In this document: piece after piece, positions 59,431 to 64,000 of the stretch | Position numbering within the stretch: the stretch's first letter is position 1 | Layout of the letters: each line of letters starts with the position of its first letter | Assembly: GCF_044704955.1 (NCBI RefSeq) | Contig: NC_091986.1 | Coordinates: forward strand, 3,410,001-3,474,000 | DNA: 64,000 bases | Direction of reading: 5' to 3' | Source: Pristiophorus japonicus | Lineage: Eukaryota | Notes under the pieces: model-generated | Databases searched by the model: none | What the model saw: the letters and a program-made list of their open reading frames with translations, nothing else | Told to the model about the DNA's origin: nothing | Made by a program: the position numbers and the translations under genes

Positions 59431-60389
59431 ACCCCCCCCACTCCGCAAGCTCTCCTGATGTCCTCCCTGCCCGTGCAATCTCCTCCCGGACTACCCGTGT
59501 CCTCCACTGGACCTGAGATCCTATCCCCCCACCCCCTAATCTGTCTGCAACCTTCCCAACCCTCGATCTCCCGCTCCCCCGCTGTGGCCTGGTCCCTTGG
59601 GCCTACCCTCTCACAGCCAGCCAGCCCCTCAATCTGAAACAGGCCCGGGAAATGCCAATCAGGTCTTGCCATTACCTTCACCGGGACCCAAGGGAGACCT
59701 GTTCTTCTGGGTTTCCCGGTTGTAAACCTATCCCCCCACTCCCCCCGCATTCTTCCTGCCTCCATGTTAATATCGGTGCCCACATCTCTCTTCCCCCTTT
59801 ACTCCCCACTTATCTTCCTTCAGTATTGCCCCTCATTTGGTTTCCCTGTCCAGACCTAGACAAGAACATTTTGTTGGCATCTGGTTCCCAATGGTGGCTG
59901 AAACCTAGAAAAACTAATGGGTTCCAATCACGACTGACTGTTATTCACTGTGGTTTCATAATACAGGGCTTGCTGGGATGACCCTCACCCCCCCACTCCA
60001 CCCCCATCCCCCATCCCACCCACCCTCCCGCCCCCCACCCACCTCTCACTGTAAAGACCAGGGAGAACCAGGGAGCTTTTCAGGGCCAGTAGGAATGTTG
60101 TGGGTGGTGATGGAACAATAAAAGCAGAAGGCCAGAGGACAATCGGGGAAGGGGTTAAAGGAAACAGCCATTCAATTCTTAAACTACCTTTTCCATTTTC
60201 TTCACAGTTAAATATTGCATTAGACGTACATCATTGATAAAAATGTTGTTTGCAACTCACAAATTAAATCACCTTTCCTAGTTTTTGTACATATGAAAAT
60301 GATGGACAGGAAAAGATCATCTGGTCCATTAAGCCTTTACAACTTAGATGCCTGAAGCATTATGATTAGACACCCACTACCAGCGAGGT

Positions 60390-61020
60390 ATAATAATAAT
60401 AATAATAATAACTGTTGTTTATATAGCGCCTTTAACATAGTGAAACATCCCAAGGTGCTTCACAGCAGTGTTATAAGACAAATAGATAAATTTGACACCG
60501 AGCCACAGAAAAAATTAAGGTAGATGATCAAAAGCTTGGTCAAAGAGGTAGCTTTTAAGGTCTTAAAGGAGGAAAGCGAGGTAGAGAGGCGGAGAGGTTA
60601 AGGCAGGGAGTTCCAGAGCTTTGGGCCCAGGCAACTGAAGGCACGGCCACCGATGGTTGAGCGATTATAATCAGGGATGTTCAAGAGGCCATTATTTGAG
60701 GAGCGCAGACATCGCGTGAGGTTGTGAGGCTGAAAAAGATTAGAGAGATAGGGAGGAGCGAGGCGATGGAGTGATTTTTAAACAAGGATGAGAATTTTGA
60801 AATCGAGGCGTTGTTTAACTGGGAGCCAATGTAGGTCAGAAAGCACAGGGGTGATGGGTGATCTTGATGGTGCGAGTTAGGACACGGGCTGCTGAATTTT
60901 GGATCAGCTCAAGTTTACATAGTGTGGAATGTGGAAGGCCGGCCAGGAGTGAGTTGGAGTCGTCAAATCCAGAGGTAACAAAGGAATGGATGAGGGTTTC
61001 AACAGCAGAAGAGCTGAGGA
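60390..61020 (-). mobile_element. L2 LINE 3' portion with (TTA)n tail
   Basis: Homologous to 37678-38572 and 39230-40420; (AAT)n at 60390-60411. Confidence 0.9.
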
Positions 61021-61079
61021 TTGTATTGTATTGTCCTGGGAGAGGGAACTAAACAGATAAAATAAAACCAAGGCCAATT

Positions 61080-61480
61080 AGAAAAGAAAGACTTGCATTT
61101 ATATTGCATATTTCATGACCTCAAGACAGCCAATGAAGTACTTTTGAAATGTAGTCACTGTTGTAATGTAGGAAACGCGGCAGCCAAATTGCGCACAGCA
61201 AGCTCCCACAGTAGCAATATGCTGATCTGTTTTTTAGTGATGTTGATTGAGGGATAAATATTGGCCAAGGGAAGAACTCCCTTCCTTGCTCTTCTTCGAA
61301 ATAGTGCCATGGGATCTTTTATGTCCACCTGAGAGGGCAGACAGGACCTCGGTTTAACGTCTCATCCGAAAGACGGCGCCTCCGACAGTGCAGCACTCGC
61401 TCAGCACTGCACTGGGAGTGTCAGCCTAGATTTATGTGCTCAAGTTCCTAGAGTGGGACCTGAACCCACAACCTTCGGAC
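61080..61480 (-). mobile_element. Near full-length Deu-domain SINE (SacSINE1-like)
   Basis: tRNA-like head with box B GGTTCAGGTCC at ~61455-61467; GCACTGTCGGAGGCGCCGTCTTTCGGATGAGACGTTAAACCGAGG body; Deu core; L2-type tail. Confidence 0.88.
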
Positions 61481-63159
61481 ACAGGTTTTAAGCTGCGACT
61501 TAAAAGAGAGAAGGGGTGGGGAGGCGGAAAGGTCGAGGGAGGGCGGGAGGTTTAGGGAGGGAATTCCAGAGCAGTGCCTTGGCAGCTGAAGGCATGGCCC
61601 GCAATGGTGGAGCAAAGAAAATTGGGGATGCTCAAGGGACCATGCTTATAGTACTTGGTATTTCTTATGAAATTGTTCTCTGCCTCAGCCATACAATGTT
61701 CATTCACTTTGTTTAGAAACAGAAGGTTCGGTTGAGGATAATGGTTGCGATTCTCGTTTACTACTGGACAGTTCTTGAAGCACCATAGACGTTCGAGGTA
61801 GGGAGGCATCAGTTTATTTTCTCTGCAGGTAGAGGGTATCTGGTGTGACCACTGCCTCATACACTTTAGCAGCGAGCTGAAGGGATCATTGATCGAGCTT
61901 GGGGAATGGCTTCCCTCTTGGCAGCAGAGCTGTGAGTTTTCGGCAGCCGAAGATAACAAGGAGAAACTGGGGATCAGCTACACGAAATAAAACTTCCAAT
62001 TCACGGCAAGAATATTAAGGAATTTACTCTGGTGAGAAATGAACTTTCATACTGTAAGTGTACATAAAACAACCAATTTTACTTCTGGGCACACTTTTGA
62101 CATAAGCACATATGGGACCGATATTTAGCCACCGGCAACTGCTTGTTCAACACTGGGAATTTAGTAACTGACTTTTTTTTTTAAAACCGCTGAATCTCAA
62201 TACCTAAAAGTCAAAGCAGGTACCAGGAGTTTAGAGCCATCTCTCAATCTTGTCAATACCTCTTCACAATGCACTCATTTCACTTGGCAGACAGCACCTC
62301 TGCATGATGTTTCACTTAGGTCTATAAACCTGAGACACACAAACTCAGCAAGGTCCAGAAAAACACAACCTTTACAGCATGCTTCTGGAGTTGAATTCGC
62401 AATGGTCTGGGCAAAGGAGAGCACACTAACAGTTTTGTGACAAAGGTGGATTTCAGATAATTGCGTGAAGTTATAAAGTGATTCTAATTCTTATTAAAAA
62501 ATAACACAATAACACAAATGCATGCTGTTGTTGACCGTCACGTCACGTTACATCTCTCCCACAAACTGCCCAGGTTCTGGGGGGACAGCCATTTATTTAT
62601 TTATTTTAACTGCCGCCATTAATTTTATTTTACGTGGGAAAGTGGAGCTGACACGATTAATAAAACAGGAAGCACAGATATTTGTTGAATTATTTGGTGG
62701 GAAAGGGAAAGTGCGTTGTCGTGATTGATTTGTTAATGAAGTGGGTGCCATTTATTAATTTCATTGGTAAGAGGGCGGGTGCCAGATATTTGCTTTAACG
62801 GGGAGGGGAAGTGTTATTCATTTCTCATTGGAGCGAGGATCGTAGACATTAAGTGGTGGAAGAATTTTGATCTGGGGGCCCACCATGGGCACAGTATCAG
62901 GGGTGTGCCCACAGTATCCACCCACGGCCAGAGTCACGAGGCCAGAGTCACAAATTTTTGGCGGGTGGCAGGCCACAAATAGTTGTTCCTCTGCAACACG
63001 GCGCTTTCAGACCGAGGGAAATCGGCCCGCAGGCAGCTTGGGGGAGTGAGGGTGAGGCGGAGGGGGGGGAAACAGATCCTGGAAGGGTGGAGATCAGGCC
63101 AGCAACTCCTGGCTCCACATAAATCTCACAAAAAAGAAACACGCTTTGCAACGGTCTCC

Positions 63160-63232
63160 GTAAGAATTAGGAGCAGGGGTCGGCCATTCGGCCCCTCGAG
63201 CCTGCTCCACCATTCAATGAGATCGTGGCTGA
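63160..63232 (-). mobile_element. CR1 extreme 3'-end fragment
   Basis: TAAGAATTAGGAGCAGGGGTCGGCCATTCGGCCCCTCGAGCCTGCTCC. Confidence 0.8.
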
Positions 63233-63894
63233 GCTCATTGGCGGATTCAGTGAGCAGCTGATCCATAAATATACCACAGGTTCGGTCTCCCACCGCCTAC
63301 TTCATCTATTCTCTACGAAATTGCAATTGAGTGTAGGGTCTCGAGTTGCAAATTTAAAAACCCTTTCACCTCTTTTTGGGCAAGTCTGCTGGACACTCAC
63401 TTGAAAATTGTATCAGGCAAGCAAATGAGCGAATAAGATCCCACAAGGCCAGGCAGTTGAAACCCCCCAGTATTTTTACATCAGGGCTGTATAGATTTCT
63501 GTATTAATTCAACTAGGCAGCAGGAGAAAAGTTGCAGAGAAGTGAGTGCACCTTATATATTTAGTTTAGCGGGGGGGGGGTTCGAAACTGTGCCAACATG
63601 ATTGATTGATTTTAGGTCACTAAGTGAGACTGGCATTATTTATTTAAGACTGCAAAAAATGTTACTTTTCTATTTGGAGGGTGAGGCTCAAAGGCCAAAG
63701 GAAAAGGGGAAGTCGGCAATCGATGAACGGTAGGCTATGATAGGCAGCTGGGGTCAGGGAGAGGGCAGAAAGGCAAGACTGGCTTTGGCAGCTGAAATAA
63801 TTTCAAAAGCAATAGGCAGTGGGGCTGGATCTCAGGCCAGAGAGACTGAGCTACAGCAAAGGGGAAAAATCAATTGTATATCTAAAAAGAAACC

Positions 63895-64000
63895 ATCATC
63901 ATTATTATAGGCAGTCCCTCGTATCGAGGATGACTTGCTTCCAGGTCAAAAAGGGATGAGTTCACAGGTGTTCCAGTGAAGGACCTAATATTCCAGATCC
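63895..64000 (-). mobile_element. Non-autonomous RTE-tailed retroposon, copy 5 (runs off the window)
   Basis: CATCATCATTATTATAGGCAGTCCCTCGTATCGAGGATGACTTGCTTCCA..GAAGGACCTAATATTCCAGATCC matches 32019-32120. Confidence 0.8.

Overview
Eukaryotic, repeat-dominated DNA. The repeat content points to a cartilaginous fish (shark/ray): CR1 LINEs with (TTCTATGT)n/(TTCTTATG)n tails, L2, Deu-domain SacSINE-like SINEs, RTE, Tx1, Penelope, a Mag/K02A2.6-like Gypsy element and PIF/Harbinger derivatives. The species cannot be determined. No intact, recognisable host gene is present; nearly all long ORFs are transposon remnants or their antisense shadows. Main structures: (1) an 11.5 kb nest of CR1s inside an older LINE, including a full-length CR1 with TATA-bearing 5' monomers and a candidate -1 frameshift junction between ORF1 and ORF2; (2) a decayed Gypsy element with CTCF-like LTR motifs, inserted next to a 22x24 bp minisatellite derived from CR1 coding sequence; (3) five copies of a ~0.5 kb non-coding, RTE-tailed retroposon with a TATA/CRE head; (4) a tRNA-Leu(AAG) pseudogene just upstream of a CR1 3' end; (5) a 5'-inverted RTE; (6) a Penelope end with a decayed hammerhead; (7) Harbinger Myb/SANT relics; (8) a C-rich minisatellite; (9) a few weak minus-strand exon candidates. 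All family names come from motif recognition by eye, not database searches. Boundaries of old repeats are approximate.
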